Source: Candidatus Latescibacterota bacterium
GTDB taxonomy: Bacteria; Latescibacterota; UBA2968
Assembly: GCA_965222605.1 (NCBI GenBank)
Contig: OZ244960.1
Location: 1,984,001-2,048,000, forward strand
Reading direction: 5' to 3'
DNA: 64,000 nucleotides
Position numbers and translations under genes: made by a program. Below the pieces are notes generated by a model. It saw only the letters and a program-made list of their open reading frames with translations, made no database searches and was not told the DNA's origin. Numbering within the stretch: the stretch's first letter is position 1; each line of letters begins with the position of its first letter. This document shows, piece after piece, positions 45,298-55,619 of the stretch.

Positions 45298-46389
45298 ATG
45301 TCACTTGATATTAAAGAAATGCGTATCAGACTCAGCGAATTTCTTGAACACTCGCAGTCCAATCCCTTATCGTCAGATGATTCTCCGTTACGCCAAATGT
45401 GTCTGGAAGTTGAGACTGAAATTGATTCCTGCTTGACGCCAGAGTTAGTTCATTTAGCCGACGACATCTACAGGTATTTGGGACAGGAAGGATTGGAGAA
45501 ACGCATTTCTCTTCATCGAACATATATCGATGCTGCGCCCAATGTAGAGGAGCGATTCTGGTCAAACTGGCATTTGGTTGATACGCTCGCAGTTATGAGA
45601 CGGAACAGCGAAGCAATTGAGGAACAGAACGCATTTTACAAATGGGCGCGTGAGGAATTGACCATTGGTCACATGGTGAAAACCCTGTTTGATAGTACTC
45701 AAGCCAGATGCTGGATAGTAGAAAACCAAGGCGAAGATTGGTTTAAGCTCTACTACAATGTTTTGAGAGAAACGGAATCTGCCCAAATTGACCGGCAGGA
45801 TCTTTGCATATTTATACGTACAGGATCTGAGGTCGCGGCAATGGCAGAGAAATTTCCTGAAGCTATGACGGAAGCCAATCGACTTGACGAGATAAACCGA
45901 GACCCTGAATGGAAGCATTACATACAGTTCTGGCTTGGAGCAATTACGACAAAACTTGAGGTCTATCGCAAGCAGAGCTTTTGGGATCAATATGACCAGC
46001 TTTCTGAGGAAATAATTTCTCTCGTTGAGAGAAATGCCATAAATCCTGAAAAGAAAATATCCGCATCTGATCTTGCCTGGATAGCCCATGATTTGGGTGC
46101 GTGTCTCATGTGGGCAAAAAGATATAAACAAGCCAAAAGGCTTCTGGAAATAGCCATAGAGCAAAATGATAGCGGTGGGTCGCATTTTTTTCTTGCCGCC
46201 TGTATCTGGGCTTCCGAAAAAAATCGAAGTCAGACTTTGTATCACCTGAGATATGCTCAACAAACAACAAAGCGCAATGTTTTAAATCGAGGAGGATATT
46301 ATAAATACTTCCTTGATCTTTCTGAATTTGAAGACGTAAAAGATGATGTGGATTTTCTTGAAGTCTTGGGACAGAGATCAGAAGATTAA
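45298..46389 (+). CDS. Hypothetical all-helical (TPR-like) protein
   Basis: Long ORF, SD AAGGA; C-terminal TPR-like segment AKRLLEIAIE...SHFFLAACIWA. Confidence 0.65.
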   Translation: MSLDIKEMRIRLSEFLEHSQSNPLSSDDSPLRQMCLEVETEIDSCLTPELVHLADDIYRYLGQEGLEKRISLHRTYIDAAPNVEERFWSNWHLVDTLAVMRRNSEAIEEQNAFYKWAREELTIGHMVKTLFDSTQARCWIVENQGEDWFKLYYNVLRETESAQIDRQDLCIFIRTGSEVAAMAEKFPEAMTEANRLDEINRDPEWKHYIQFWLGAITTKLEVYRKQSFWDQYDQLSEEIISLVERNAINPEKKISASDLAWIAHDLGACLMWAKRYKQAKRLLEIAIEQNDSGGSHFFLAACIWASEKNRSQTLYHLRYAQQTTKRNVLNRGGYYKYFLDLSEFEDVKDDVDFLEVLGQRSED

Positions 46390-46474
46390 CCCCCGCCTCA
46401 GTACCAATCTTAGTTGATGAGCATTTAAAAAATGGACGAAAACTTGACAGCCTGCACAGTTTATGGAGGATGTG

Positions 46475-48835
46475 ATGTTCAAGAACTACTTCACAACTGC
46501 GTTGCGTAATTTCTCGCGACAGAAGATGTATTCATTTATCAACATGGCGGGGCTTTCTGTTGGGCTGGCCTGTAGTTTTTTGATCTTTATGTGGATAAAG
46601 CATGAGATTACGTATGACCGATTTCATGAACAGGGCACTCAGATTTATCGGGTGATGCGTAATTTCTCTGCAAATGATAAAATCTATACCTGGTCTTCTG
46701 CTCCCATGCCACTGGCCAACGTGTTAGTAGAAGAATACCCAGAGATTACCCATGCTATTTTAATAACCCGGCAAAGACATCTCTTATCTAAAGGCAATCA
46801 ATTATTTCGAGAAGCTGGTATATATGCCAGTCCTTCTTTTTTTAATGTTTTTACATTCCCACTTTTGCAAGGTGATGCTCGAACGATATTGGCAGAACCC
46901 AATGCCATTGCGATTTCAGAAAAATTGGCTGGTAAATATTTTGGACCAGATTGGGCGAGTCAATCGATTCTCGGGCAAAGTTTGACGGTTGATCATCGCA
47001 AAGAATTTATCATTAAAGCGGTGTTTAGAGATGTACATAGCAATTCCTCTCTGCGTTTTGAATTCGTGCTTCCAATAGAAGATTATGTCGCCGAAAACAA
47101 GTGGCTTGAGCATTGGGGCAATAGCAGTTTGCAACTTTATGTGAAACTGCGAGAGGATACTGCCCTGGAAGATGTAAACACAAAGATCGAGCGTGTCCTC
47201 TTAGACCATTACAAAGGGACAACTGCCACGGTTTTTTTGCACCCCTTGTTGGATATGCACCTGTATTCTAAGTTTAAAAATGGCAAGTCCGTTGGAGGGC
47301 GCATTGAGTATGTGCATATGTTTACATTTGTTGCGCTGTTTATTTTATGCATTGCCTGTATTAATTTTATGAATTTGGCTACGGCGCGATCTACTCAGCG
47401 CGCACGAGAGATTGGCGTTCGTAAAACCATAGGCGCCAGTAAGCGGGAACTCATAGGTCAATTTATGGGTGAGTCGATGTTGATAACGGTTTTTGCCTCA
47501 ATTTTGGCTTTAGGTTTGGTTGAAATTTTCTTGCCTGTATTTAATGGTCTGACACATGAAGAACTTGCACTTGATTGGTTGGATATACACATTTTGCCGG
47601 TCTTTTCAGGTATTACATTAGTAACAGGTCTAATCTCAGGAAGCTATCCGGCGTTTTATTTGTCGGGTTTTAACCCAATCGGCGTATTGCGAGGTTCGTT
47701 GAAATCGGGATCGGGTGCTGTTTTTTTACGCCGAGGCCTTGTGATTTTTCAGTTTGTATTGGCAATTTTGATGATTATTGGCACACTGACGATTTATGAG
47801 CAGATAAATTATATCCTCAGCAAAAATCTGGGACTGGACCGTAAGAATGTGGTGTCTGTTGGTTTGGAAGGGCCAATACAGCAACAATTGGAAACAGTTA
47901 AGCAAGAACTTCTGCGCCAGCCCGGCATTCAAAGCGTGGCGGCATCCAGCCAAAATCCACTATCCGTTAGCCATTCAACGAGCGATCCCAAATGGAATGG
48001 AAAAGACCCAGAGTCCCAAATTGTATTTCACATTATCAACGCCGATTTTGATTTTGTTGAAACTATGAAAATGAAAGTGGTACACGGCAGAGCGTTTTCT
48101 GAGGTGGTTGCAACCGATTCCTCAAATTATGTTGTAAATGAACAAATGGCACATGTGATGGGAATAGACAATCCGATTGGCGAAACTCTGAAATTTTGGG
48201 GAGATGAAGGTGAGATAATTGGCGTGGTTGAAGATTTTCATTTTAGTTCGGTACATACGTCAATTGAGCCGCTGATTATTCGTATTGATCCAGCCTCTTT
48301 CAACAAACTTTATATACGCACCAGGGCAGGGCAAACAGCCGAGGCATTGGCAAATTTGGAAAAGGTTTTCAAAAAATTCAACCCCAACTATCCACTTGCA
48401 TATCGGTTTATGGATGAGGACTTTGAGCGAATGTATCGCAGAGAAAAGATGCTGGGACAATTGACCACCACTTTTGCTGTTTTGGCAATTTTTATCTCTT
48501 GTTTGGGATTGTTTGGTTTGGCGTCTTTTACAGCGGAACAGCGCACCAAAGAGATTGGGATTAGAAAGATATTGGGTGCTTCCGTTACCAATTTGATTTT
48601 ATTGCTGTCTAAAGAGTTTATCAAGTTGGTGGTGATTGCGTTTGTATTCGCCATACCTTTGGCCTATTACTTTATGACAATTTGGTTAAACGCGTTTGCC
48701 TATCGCATCAATATAGGGTTAGAAGTTTTTGTTTTCGCAGGTGGGGCATCATTTATTATTGCTTGGTTGACCGTGAGCTATCAAGCACTCAAAGTAGCCT
48801 CTGCAAATCCTGTCGATGCCCTACGAAATGAATAA
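46475..48835 (+). CDS. MacB/FtsX-type ABC permease, paralog 4
   Basis: MFKNYFTTALRN, CINFMNLATARS, NPVDALRNE. Confidence 0.93.
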   Translation: MFKNYFTTALRNFSRQKMYSFINMAGLSVGLACSFLIFMWIKHEITYDRFHEQGTQIYRVMRNFSANDKIYTWSSAPMPLANVLVEEYPEITHAILITRQRHLLSKGNQLFREAGIYASPSFFNVFTFPLLQGDARTILAEPNAIAISEKLAGKYFGPDWASQSILGQSLTVDHRKEFIIKAVFRDVHSNSSLRFEFVLPIEDYVAENKWLEHWGNSSLQLYVKLREDTALEDVNTKIERVLLDHYKGTTATVFLHPLLDMHLYSKFKNGKSVGGRIEYVHMFTFVALFILCIACINFMNLATARSTQRAREIGVRKTIGASKRELIGQFMGESMLITVFASILALGLVEIFLPVFNGLTHEELALDWLDIHILPVFSGITLVTGLISGSYPAFYLSGFNPIGVLRGSLKSGSGAVFLRRGLVIFQFVLAILMIIGTLTIYEQINYILSKNLGLDRKNVVSVGLEGPIQQQLETVKQELLRQPGIQSVAASSQNPLSVSHSTSDPKWNGKDPESQIVFHIINADFDFVETMKMKVVHGRAFSEVVATDSSNYVVNEQMAHVMGIDNPIGETLKFWGDEGEIIGVVEDFHFSSVHTSIEPLIIRIDPASFNKLYIRTRAGQTAEALANLEKVFKKFNPNYPLAYRFMDEDFERMYRREKMLGQLTTTFAVLAIFISCLGLFGLASFTAEQRTKEIGIRKILGASVTNLILLLSKEFIKLVVIAFVFAIPLAYYFMTIWLNAFAYRINIGLEVFVFAGGASFIIAWLTVSYQALKVASANPVDALRNE

Positions 48836-49036
48836 AAACAAAACAACGAGAGACATTGTCAAATGTTATGGTCACCTTCACCGATCCACACCCATTAGTC
48901 TGTCTCGGTTTAAAATTGCTGGCCTCTTCTCAAAACGCAAAAGGTTTAGGGGAGAGGCCAAAAATTTGAATCACTGGGCAATTTCAGGTGTATGAAATAG
49001 AGAGAAGACTCGAAAATATTAAAGGAGAAAAAACCA

Positions 49037-49594
49037 GTGCCAACTTTCGGAGCCAGTGCAGTAGTTGTCTCAGACGAGCAAGTCCTGCTCATTAAGCGAG
49101 AGGATGTCGAGGTCTGGGCATTACCCGGTGGTGCAATTGATTCAGGAGAATCCGCGGCACAGGCAGCTATACGCGAAGTCAAAGAGGAAACGGGGATCGA
49201 CATTGACCTTGTGCGCCTGGTTGGTATATACTCGAGTCCAAACTGGCGCTCAGGCGGTGACCATGCGATCGTTTACGCGGCCATTCCGAAGAATGACAAA
49301 CCGGTAGCTCAGGTGAACGAGGTTTTAGATGTTGGCTATTTCAGTCCAGATCGGTTGCCCGAACCGTTTACGTGGTGGCATCGTCGAAGAATCGATGATG
49401 CCATGCGTGAGGTCACAGGCGTTTCTTGCGTACAGGACAGAGTATGGACACTAGATCCGAACCTGAGTCGCCGAGAGATATACGACATGTTGACCCGTTC
49501 AGGTTTATCGCCCAGTGACTTTTATGAACAGTATTTCACTAAAATAGGACAACCCGGGGAGAAAATCGAAGTTGACGGTGTTTCAGTTGGATAA
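49037..49594 (+). CDS. NUDIX hydrolase
   Basis: PGGAIDSGESAAQAAIREVKEETG Nudix box. Confidence 0.92.
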   Translation: MPTFGASAVVVSDEQVLLIKREDVEVWALPGGAIDSGESAAQAAIREVKEETGIDIDLVRLVGIYSSPNWRSGGDHAIVYAAIPKNDKPVAQVNEVLDVGYFSPDRLPEPFTWWHRRRIDDAMREVTGVSCVQDRVWTLDPNLSRREIYDMLTRSGLSPSDFYEQYFTKIGQPGEKIEVDGVSVG

Positions 49595-49628
49595 TCAGAC
49601 ACTTTCGAGAAAGGAATAAATAAAACAA

Positions 49629-50462
49629 ATGGCTTCGAAACCTGAACAGTACGCCCCCGATCCAGCTATCCTTGAGTACTACGGGACCTATTATAATGAA
49701 ATTGCCCGATTCAATAAAGGCACCCATCGCCTGGATTACGTGCGCTCGAAACAGATTCTGGAACGGTACTTGCCCCAGGCTCCCGTCAACATCCTCGATG
49801 TCGGTGGCGGTCCAGGTGCATACTCGTCCTGGCTCGCAGAGAAAGGACACAAAGTCCATTTGGTTGATCCCGTCCCTCGACATCTCAAGGAAGCTGAGGA
49901 ACGCGCAAGAAAGAACCCTCTGGAAAGCATCCAGAAGGGCGATGCCCGTAGCTTGAACTGGTCAGACGAAACCATGGACATCGTCTTGCTCATGGGGCCT
50001 CTATATCACCTGACTGAATCCGATGATCGGAAAATGGCACTTCGCGAGGCCAGGAGAGTCCTGAAATCCGGGGGACTTCTATTTGCAGTTGCAATCACAC
50101 GATTTGCATCTCTACTTGACGGACTAAGATCAGGAGCGATCCTCGACCCCGCCTTCCGAGCAATTGTGGCGCGTGACTTGAAGGACGGTCAACATCGCAA
50201 TCCCGAAGAAAGCAAAGATTACTTTACGACTGCCTACTTTCATCGCCCAGAAGAACTGGCTGTCGAAATCACTGAATGCGGATTCACCCAGTGCCAGACA
50301 CTTGCCGTAGAAAGTGCCGCCTGGTTGCTCGGAGACATAGAAGATCAACTGGAAGACTCGGAACGCCGCGAGGTACTTTTTGATGCAATACAGAGACTTG
50401 AGACGGAGCCTTCTCTACTCGGCGTTTCTCCCCACATTATGGCAATGGCCAGGAAACCTTGA
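49629..50462 (+). CDS. Class I SAM-dependent methyltransferase
   Basis: ILDVGGGPGAY, GDAR, DIVLLMGPLYHL and EARRVLKSGG motifs. Confidence 0.92.
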   Translation: MASKPEQYAPDPAILEYYGTYYNEIARFNKGTHRLDYVRSKQILERYLPQAPVNILDVGGGPGAYSSWLAEKGHKVHLVDPVPRHLKEAEERARKNPLESIQKGDARSLNWSDETMDIVLLMGPLYHLTESDDRKMALREARRVLKSGGLLFAVAITRFASLLDGLRSGAILDPAFRAIVARDLKDGQHRNPEESKDYFTTAYFHRPEELAVEITECGFTQCQTLAVESAAWLLGDIEDQLEDSERREVLFDAIQRLETEPSLLGVSPHIMAMARKP

Positions 50463-50483
50463 GTATTTTCATCCCTAAAAATT

Positions 50484-51095
50484 ATGCGTGATGTACATCC
50501 CAACACAAGAGTGATCCTCATCGGAGGATCATCTCACTCCGGAAAGTCTGCCCTATCTGAGTCGATAGCTGCAAATCTGGGATGGAACCGAATCTCCACA
50601 GATACCCTTGCCCGTCATCCCGGTCGCCCGTGGAGACCTGAGCCAGAGAAGGTACCAGACCATGTGGCAGAACACTATCTCTCCCTCTCAGTTGAGGAAC
50701 TGATCAAAGATGTGCTCCATCACTACAGGGTCAATGTATGGCCGAAGGTTGAGGAAATTGTCGCGTCTCACATCAACGATCCTTCCCGAGGAGGATTAAT
50801 CATAGAAGGATCCGCTCTATGGCCCGAACTTGTAGCAACCCTGGACTTCTTCGACAATATTGTCTCATTATGGCTTACAGCAAGTGAGGCGGTTTTTCAG
50901 CAGAGGATTCGCGATGAAAGCCTGTATCATTCGAAGTCGCTTCAAGAACGCAGGATGATCGATAAGTTTCTGGAACGCACGCTCGTCTATAACGCACAGA
51001 TGATAGAGATTGCCAACCAGCATGGGTTCATTCTCGTAGATGTTCTGCAATCCAATGTGGAGGAGCTAACTAAAAGGTGCCTGTCGATACTCTGA
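50484..51095 (+). CDS. P-loop kinase (2-phosphoglycerate kinase-like)
   Basis: ILIGGSSHSGKS Walker A, ISTD, IIEG. Confidence 0.8.
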   Translation: MRDVHPNTRVILIGGSSHSGKSALSESIAANLGWNRISTDTLARHPGRPWRPEPEKVPDHVAEHYLSLSVEELIKDVLHHYRVNVWPKVEEIVASHINDPSRGGLIIEGSALWPELVATLDFFDNIVSLWLTASEAVFQQRIRDESLYHSKSLQERRMIDKFLERTLVYNAQMIEIANQHGFILVDVLQSNVEELTKRCLSIL

Positions 51096-51250
51096 AGTTT
51101 CCTCTGGCAGATATTTGCAAATAGGTTATTTATCATTATATTCAAAAATTGGAGAACCTTGGCCGATTCTACCATCTTTAAAACCAAGGCCCTGCGCGGA
51201 GGGTGGTCGATTCACCCAGTTCAACGGCGCATCCAAGGAGGCACGACGCG

Positions 51251-51517
51251 ATGAAGAGAACATTGACCATTGACTACGGCGACGAGGTCCTGCTGGCCCT
51301 CGGATATACACCCAAGCAGTTCAGCGAAGAGGCCAAGCTCCTCATCGCCATCAAGCTCTACGAGTTGGGCCGTTTGTCCTCGGGGGGGGCAGCCAAGCTG
51401 GCTGGCATTCCCAAACCCTTATTTCTGACAAAGCTCGCCGAATACGGCGTTGATACCTTCCAACTGACCGAGGATGACCTCCAACAGGACTTAGACAGTG
51501 CCCGTCGTCATCTGTAA
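51251..51517 (+). CDS. UPF0175-family antitoxin
   Basis: AIKLYELGRLSSGGAAKLAGIPKPLFLTKLAEYGV; SD AAGGAGG. Confidence 0.85.
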   Translation: MKRTLTIDYGDEVLLALGYTPKQFSEEAKLLIAIKLYELGRLSSGGAAKLAGIPKPLFLTKLAEYGVDTFQLTEDDLQQDLDSARRHL

Positions 51518-51572
51518 TACTTCTCCGATTCAATACCTGTACCAAGCCAACGTGTTGGAACTCTTACCCACA
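51498..51572 (+). pseudogene. DUF3368-type PIN toxin, N-terminal stub only
   Basis: MPVVICNTSPIQYLYQANVLELLP, then fused in frame to an unrelated ORF. Confidence 0.7.
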
Positions 51573-51800
51573 ATGCAAACGAAAATGATTCAAATTCGCG
51601 TTAGTTCTGAAGCCGCTCAAGCCTATGAAATAGCTTCTGAAGCAGAACAGCGCAAGTTAGATGCTCTCCTTAGTCTCAAGCTCAGTGAAGTAGGGCGAGC
51701 GAAAAGGCCTCTTGAAGTAATTATGAGTGAGATTAGCCGTAAGGCACAAGACCGAGGCATGACACCGGAAATTTTGGAGTCCATCCTCAATGAACGGTAG
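51573..51800 (+). CDS. Putative antitoxin
   Basis: IQIRVSSEAAQAYEIASEAEQRKL...ISRKAQDRGMTPEILESILNE, overlapping a downstream PIN stub. Confidence 0.65.
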   Translation: MQTKMIQIRVSSEAAQAYEIASEAEQRKLDALLSLKLSEVGRAKRPLEVIMSEISRKAQDRGMTPEILESILNER

Positions 51801-51858
51801 TACTCGTTATGTTTTTGACACCAATGTGCTTGTGAAGAAAAATATGCGTTCCCGCTGA
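51790..51858 (+). pseudogene. PIN toxin, N-terminal stub only
   Basis: MNGSTRYVFDTNVLV then a stop inside a terminator-like hairpin (51849-51883). Confidence 0.65.
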
Positions 51859-51935
51859 ATAGACTATTTAGCGGGAATTTTTTATTAGTGAGAGACCTGT
51901 CGGCTGACATCTCAACAAAATTAAAGGAACAGACA

Positions 51936-52238
51936 ATGATTTTAGAAGTTGCAATATTGGACGTCACGCCAGGGCGAGAGAAGGAATTTGAAACAGCTTT
52001 TGGTGAGGCGCAAAAAATTATATCGAGTATGGATGGCTACATTTCCCATCAGCTACAGAAATGTCTTGAAAAAGACAGCCGGTACATTCTCCTGGTAAAC
52101 TGGCAAACGCTTGAAGATCATACCATTGGGTTCAGAGGGTCCGAACAGTACCAGGAGTGGCGCAGGCTGTTACATCATTTTTACGATCCATTTCCCGAAG
52201 TAGAGCACTATACGAGCGTTTATGGTGGTGATCAATAA
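51936..52238 (+). CDS. Antibiotic biosynthesis monooxygenase (ABM) family protein
   Basis: MILEVAILDV.PG...W.TLEDHTIGFRGSEQYQEWRRLLHHFYDPFPEVEHY. Confidence 0.9.
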   Translation: MILEVAILDVTPGREKEFETAFGEAQKIISSMDGYISHQLQKCLEKDSRYILLVNWQTLEDHTIGFRGSEQYQEWRRLLHHFYDPFPEVEHYTSVYGGDQ

Positions 52239-52286
52239 TGAGGGAATGCTACTGATTAGACATACTCAACCCCAAGGAGGAAGATC

Positions 52287-53234
52287 ATGTATTCAAGATT
52301 CATTATGAGAACTCTGGGGAGTTTTTCAATTCTCTTTTTTTGTAATACACAAAATATAATGGGGAGTGAGTTGAATATAGCGGCAGAGATCGGAGATACC
52401 ACTAAAGTAAAAAACTTACTAAAAAAAGGCGTAAATATAAATGAGCGAGATAGATTCGGACGAACACCTCTCATTTATGCTGCCCTGAATGGTCATGATC
52501 GCATCATAAAAATGCTACTTGAATCTCATGCTGATATTCATGCCAAAGATCATTTCGACCAAACGGCATTCATTGCAGCAGTCACTGGAGGACATGTGAA
52601 CACCGCTGAAATTTTGCTAAAAAATGGTGCTAATCCATCGGCTCCCAATGGTGAGGATATGCTTCCTATATTTATAGCCTTTGAACGGGAAGACTTCGAA
52701 ATGGTAGATTTATTATTAAAATATGGAATCAAAATCAACACTATAGACAAAAAAGGAAGGACAGTTCTTCAGAAAATTATTGAATCAAATGATGCAGAAC
52801 TCGTGCGAACAATTTTGAGACGTGGCATAGATGAGAGATATATCGTACATCTGGCCGCTGGCGTGGGTGACACAACATTGTTAAAGATATTGTTAAAAAA
52901 TAAAATAGATATTGACAAAAGGGATCCATTGGAAAGAACGCCATTGCTATTCGCTCTATTATATGACCGCACGCAATGTGCTAAAATGCTATTGGACCAG
53001 GGCGCAGACTTTTCGCTTAGAGATAATGATGGTAAAACGCCATTAATGGTGGCTGCAGAACGAAAAAATATCGAAGGCCTGAAAATTCTTCTGCATGCAG
53101 GAGCAGATGTATTCGCACAAGATAATCGGGGCTGGCTTGCTTTAACATACGCAGCATTTGTTGGTAATAGGCATAATAGCGATAAGTGTACAAAACTGCT
53201 CAAATCTGTTATGGAGGATAGAAGGATTAGATAG
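52287..53234 (+). CDS. Ankyrin-repeat protein
   Basis: Multiple ankyrin repeats (GRTPLIYAA, ERTPLLFAL, GKTPLMVAA). Confidence 0.92.
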   Translation: MYSRFIMRTLGSFSILFFCNTQNIMGSELNIAAEIGDTTKVKNLLKKGVNINERDRFGRTPLIYAALNGHDRIIKMLLESHADIHAKDHFDQTAFIAAVTGGHVNTAEILLKNGANPSAPNGEDMLPIFIAFEREDFEMVDLLLKYGIKINTIDKKGRTVLQKIIESNDAELVRTILRRGIDERYIVHLAAGVGDTTLLKILLKNKIDIDKRDPLERTPLLFALLYDRTQCAKMLLDQGADFSLRDNDGKTPLMVAAERKNIEGLKILLHAGADVFAQDNRGWLALTYAAFVGNRHNSDKCTKLLKSVMEDRRIR

Positions 53235-53267
53235 GGACCTGATGGCTTTGATCGAAAGCGCAAAACC

Positions 53268-53768
53268 ATGCAAATCGAAAATATCAAGCACCACCTTGAC
53301 GCCATTGACACGCTATCAGAGGCACAATTTGAACTGTGGGGCCCTCTTACTGGTCGAAACACGTTGGAAGAATATCGCAAGTTACTCCACTTCGCCGCCG
53401 AATCCGAGAGCCTGCCGACCACGCTCGTTGCCGTAGAAAACGCAACCGTCCTCGGCTCGGTAAACGTGCTCGAAAACGATTTGCCACTCCGTCCTGATAT
53501 CGCGCCCTGGTTAGCACAATTATTTGTATTTCCTAATTTTCGAAGTCGGGGTGCAGGCGCATTCCTAATTGCGGGTGCGATTGCAGAGGCGCGCAAGCTG
53601 AACAAATCGATACTCTATTTGTACACATCGGGAACACTTCCGAATTATTACGAGAAACTCGGATGGTCTCGTACGGAAGAGATCGCGTACCTGGACAAGC
53701 GCAGAGTGATAATGGCCTATCCCATCCACAAAAAAAGTCTCCCAACCCACCCCTCCCGCGCAATATAG
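53268..53768 (+). CDS. GNAT acetyltransferase
   Basis: PWLAQLFVFPNFRSRGAG and YYEKLGW motifs. Confidence 0.9.
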   Translation: MQIENIKHHLDAIDTLSEAQFELWGPLTGRNTLEEYRKLLHFAAESESLPTTLVAVENATVLGSVNVLENDLPLRPDIAPWLAQLFVFPNFRSRGAGAFLIAGAIAEARKLNKSILYLYTSGTLPNYYEKLGWSRTEEIAYLDKRRVIMAYPIHKKSLPTHPSRAI

Positions 53769-53847
53769 AAACCCTCTGGCTGATAGAACTGTCAAAAGAT
53801 AAAATCTCCGTCTCAAACGCTATCTATCATTGAAGGGAATAATAGTA

Positions 53848-54339
53848 ATGGATACACACATCAGAGTCAGTACAAAAGCTCTCATTCTTCGAGACAACGC
53901 TATTCTACTCGTGGAATACGATGACGAATCGGGGCTTCATTACAACATGCCAGGAGGCGGTGTCGAGCCGGATGAGACTCTGGAAGAGGGACTTAAAAGA
54001 GAGGTACAAGAAGAGACTTGCGCCGAGGTCGAAGTCGGTCAGCCACTCATCATTACGGAATACGAGCCAAAGAGAAATGCATTCTGGGGAGGAACGCTTC
54101 ACTCACTCACAGTGATCTTCGAGTGCAGGCTCACAGGTGATACAGAACCCCGGATGCCGCAAATCCCGGACCCCAATCAGACAGCGGTCAAATGGATTCC
54201 CCTCGTTGATCTCGAAAAAGTGGAATTACTTCCACACGTTACAGATCACATTCTGGCCTACGCGAACATACAGGGGAATCACTACCCAATTTATCTCTGT
54301 GAACCCATCAACCCCGACAAAGTGCAGAAATACCTTTGA
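53848..54339 (+). CDS. NUDIX hydrolase
   Basis: PGGGVEPDETLEEGLKREVQEET Nudix box. Confidence 0.9.
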   Translation: MDTHIRVSTKALILRDNAILLVEYDDESGLHYNMPGGGVEPDETLEEGLKREVQEETCAEVEVGQPLIITEYEPKRNAFWGGTLHSLTVIFECRLTGDTEPRMPQIPDPNQTAVKWIPLVDLEKVELLPHVTDHILAYANIQGNHYPIYLCEPINPDKVQKYL

Positions 54340-54664
54340 TGTCCTCATAAAAACAAAAGAACGGTTTAGACTATGGCAAAATTTGAAGAATCCCGATGGG
54401 GCGAAACAGAATGAACCGTCCCCATGTGCAAATCGAATCTGAGAACAAAATCTCTACGCTCCTGCACCACCTCGAAAAGATGCTGCCCAAATTTGAAGCA
54501 TTGCCTGGTGTCGTAGGCTTAACGTGGAGATCCATTCTATCCAATTTGTAAACTTGAGGACGATCAACTGATTTTTGATCCCCAGGCGTTTCTCACAATT
54601 GATGAAGACGATATGCATGATTGGCACTATGAAGTCCTGAGGGCTGTGAAAAAAAATCTCAAGA

Positions 54665-55612
54665 ATGATTTCTAAACCACTTGATCGCAATTCGACATGG
54701 CACGGCTTGATAGACGGGAAAATGCCCCCTTTTCCCGCGGCAGTTGTGCTGGATGTCCTCACTCGTTTTGAGATTAAGAATCCAGCCAAGTTAGAAGCAT
54801 GGCCTTTCGGCCCATTTGACATTCTAACTGCCTTTGAATATCGCAATACTCCCTATCTCTTAAAGGGTCGTCATGTCGAACAACGAGGCGTCAAGTCACT
54901 GTTTCAAACACAGGACATACAAAAGCAACTCCTTCAACTGGGCTTTCCCGTATCAGACCTCCTGGCTAATTCCTCCGGCGAAACTCTGGTAGAAGGCCCC
55001 GACTGGCAGGACGAAGGAAACATCTTCTATGAAATTCAGTCCATTCTTTCCGGAGTGCCATTCTCTCCTGATACGCACACAGCTTCCTTAGCAGGAAAAT
55101 TGCTCGGACAACTCCATTTCCTCGGACAGGAAATTCATTCAGATCTCCTGAGCAAGTTTTACTACATTGATACGTTCGTAGATAGATTTCTCAATCAGCT
55201 ACAGGCATTTCTTCAAGATGATAGGAATTTGCAACGTGGGGAAAGCCAGGAAATCAAAGACTCTATATCGCGATTATCGGATGCTTCGACACGTTCTTCG
55301 CTTACGCATCGCTTGACACATGGCGACTTTACACCCGATAATCTTCTGATGAATCAGAGTGAACTTTTCTTGATCGATAATGACGAACTTGGATTTGGCG
55401 CGGCGGCGGTCGATGTTGCGTGGGGACTAACCTATCTATTTGGTCTGAACATCGGATTGGGACAAATCTTCCTGAATGAATACAGAAAGCACGTCCCCGA
55501 ATTTGCCGAAAACGATCTTCTGGCTGTTAAAGACTATCTACTCGCCTTAAACATACAAGCGTACAATGTGTCAGAACTGTTAGATATCCTGCATACATTA
55601 CTCTCTATTTAA
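54665..55612 (+). CDS. Aminoglycoside/choline-kinase-like phosphotransferase (APH family)
   Basis: LLGQLH and THGDFTPDNLL...LIDNDELG motifs. Confidence 0.85.
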   Translation: MISKPLDRNSTWHGLIDGKMPPFPAAVVLDVLTRFEIKNPAKLEAWPFGPFDILTAFEYRNTPYLLKGRHVEQRGVKSLFQTQDIQKQLLQLGFPVSDLLANSSGETLVEGPDWQDEGNIFYEIQSILSGVPFSPDTHTASLAGKLLGQLHFLGQEIHSDLLSKFYYIDTFVDRFLNQLQAFLQDDRNLQRGESQEIKDSISRLSDASTRSSLTHRLTHGDFTPDNLLMNQSELFLIDNDELGFGAAAVDVAWGLTYLFGLNIGLGQIFLNEYRKHVPEFAENDLLAVKDYLLALNIQAYNVSELLDILHTLLSI

Positions 55613-55619
55613 CTAATAG

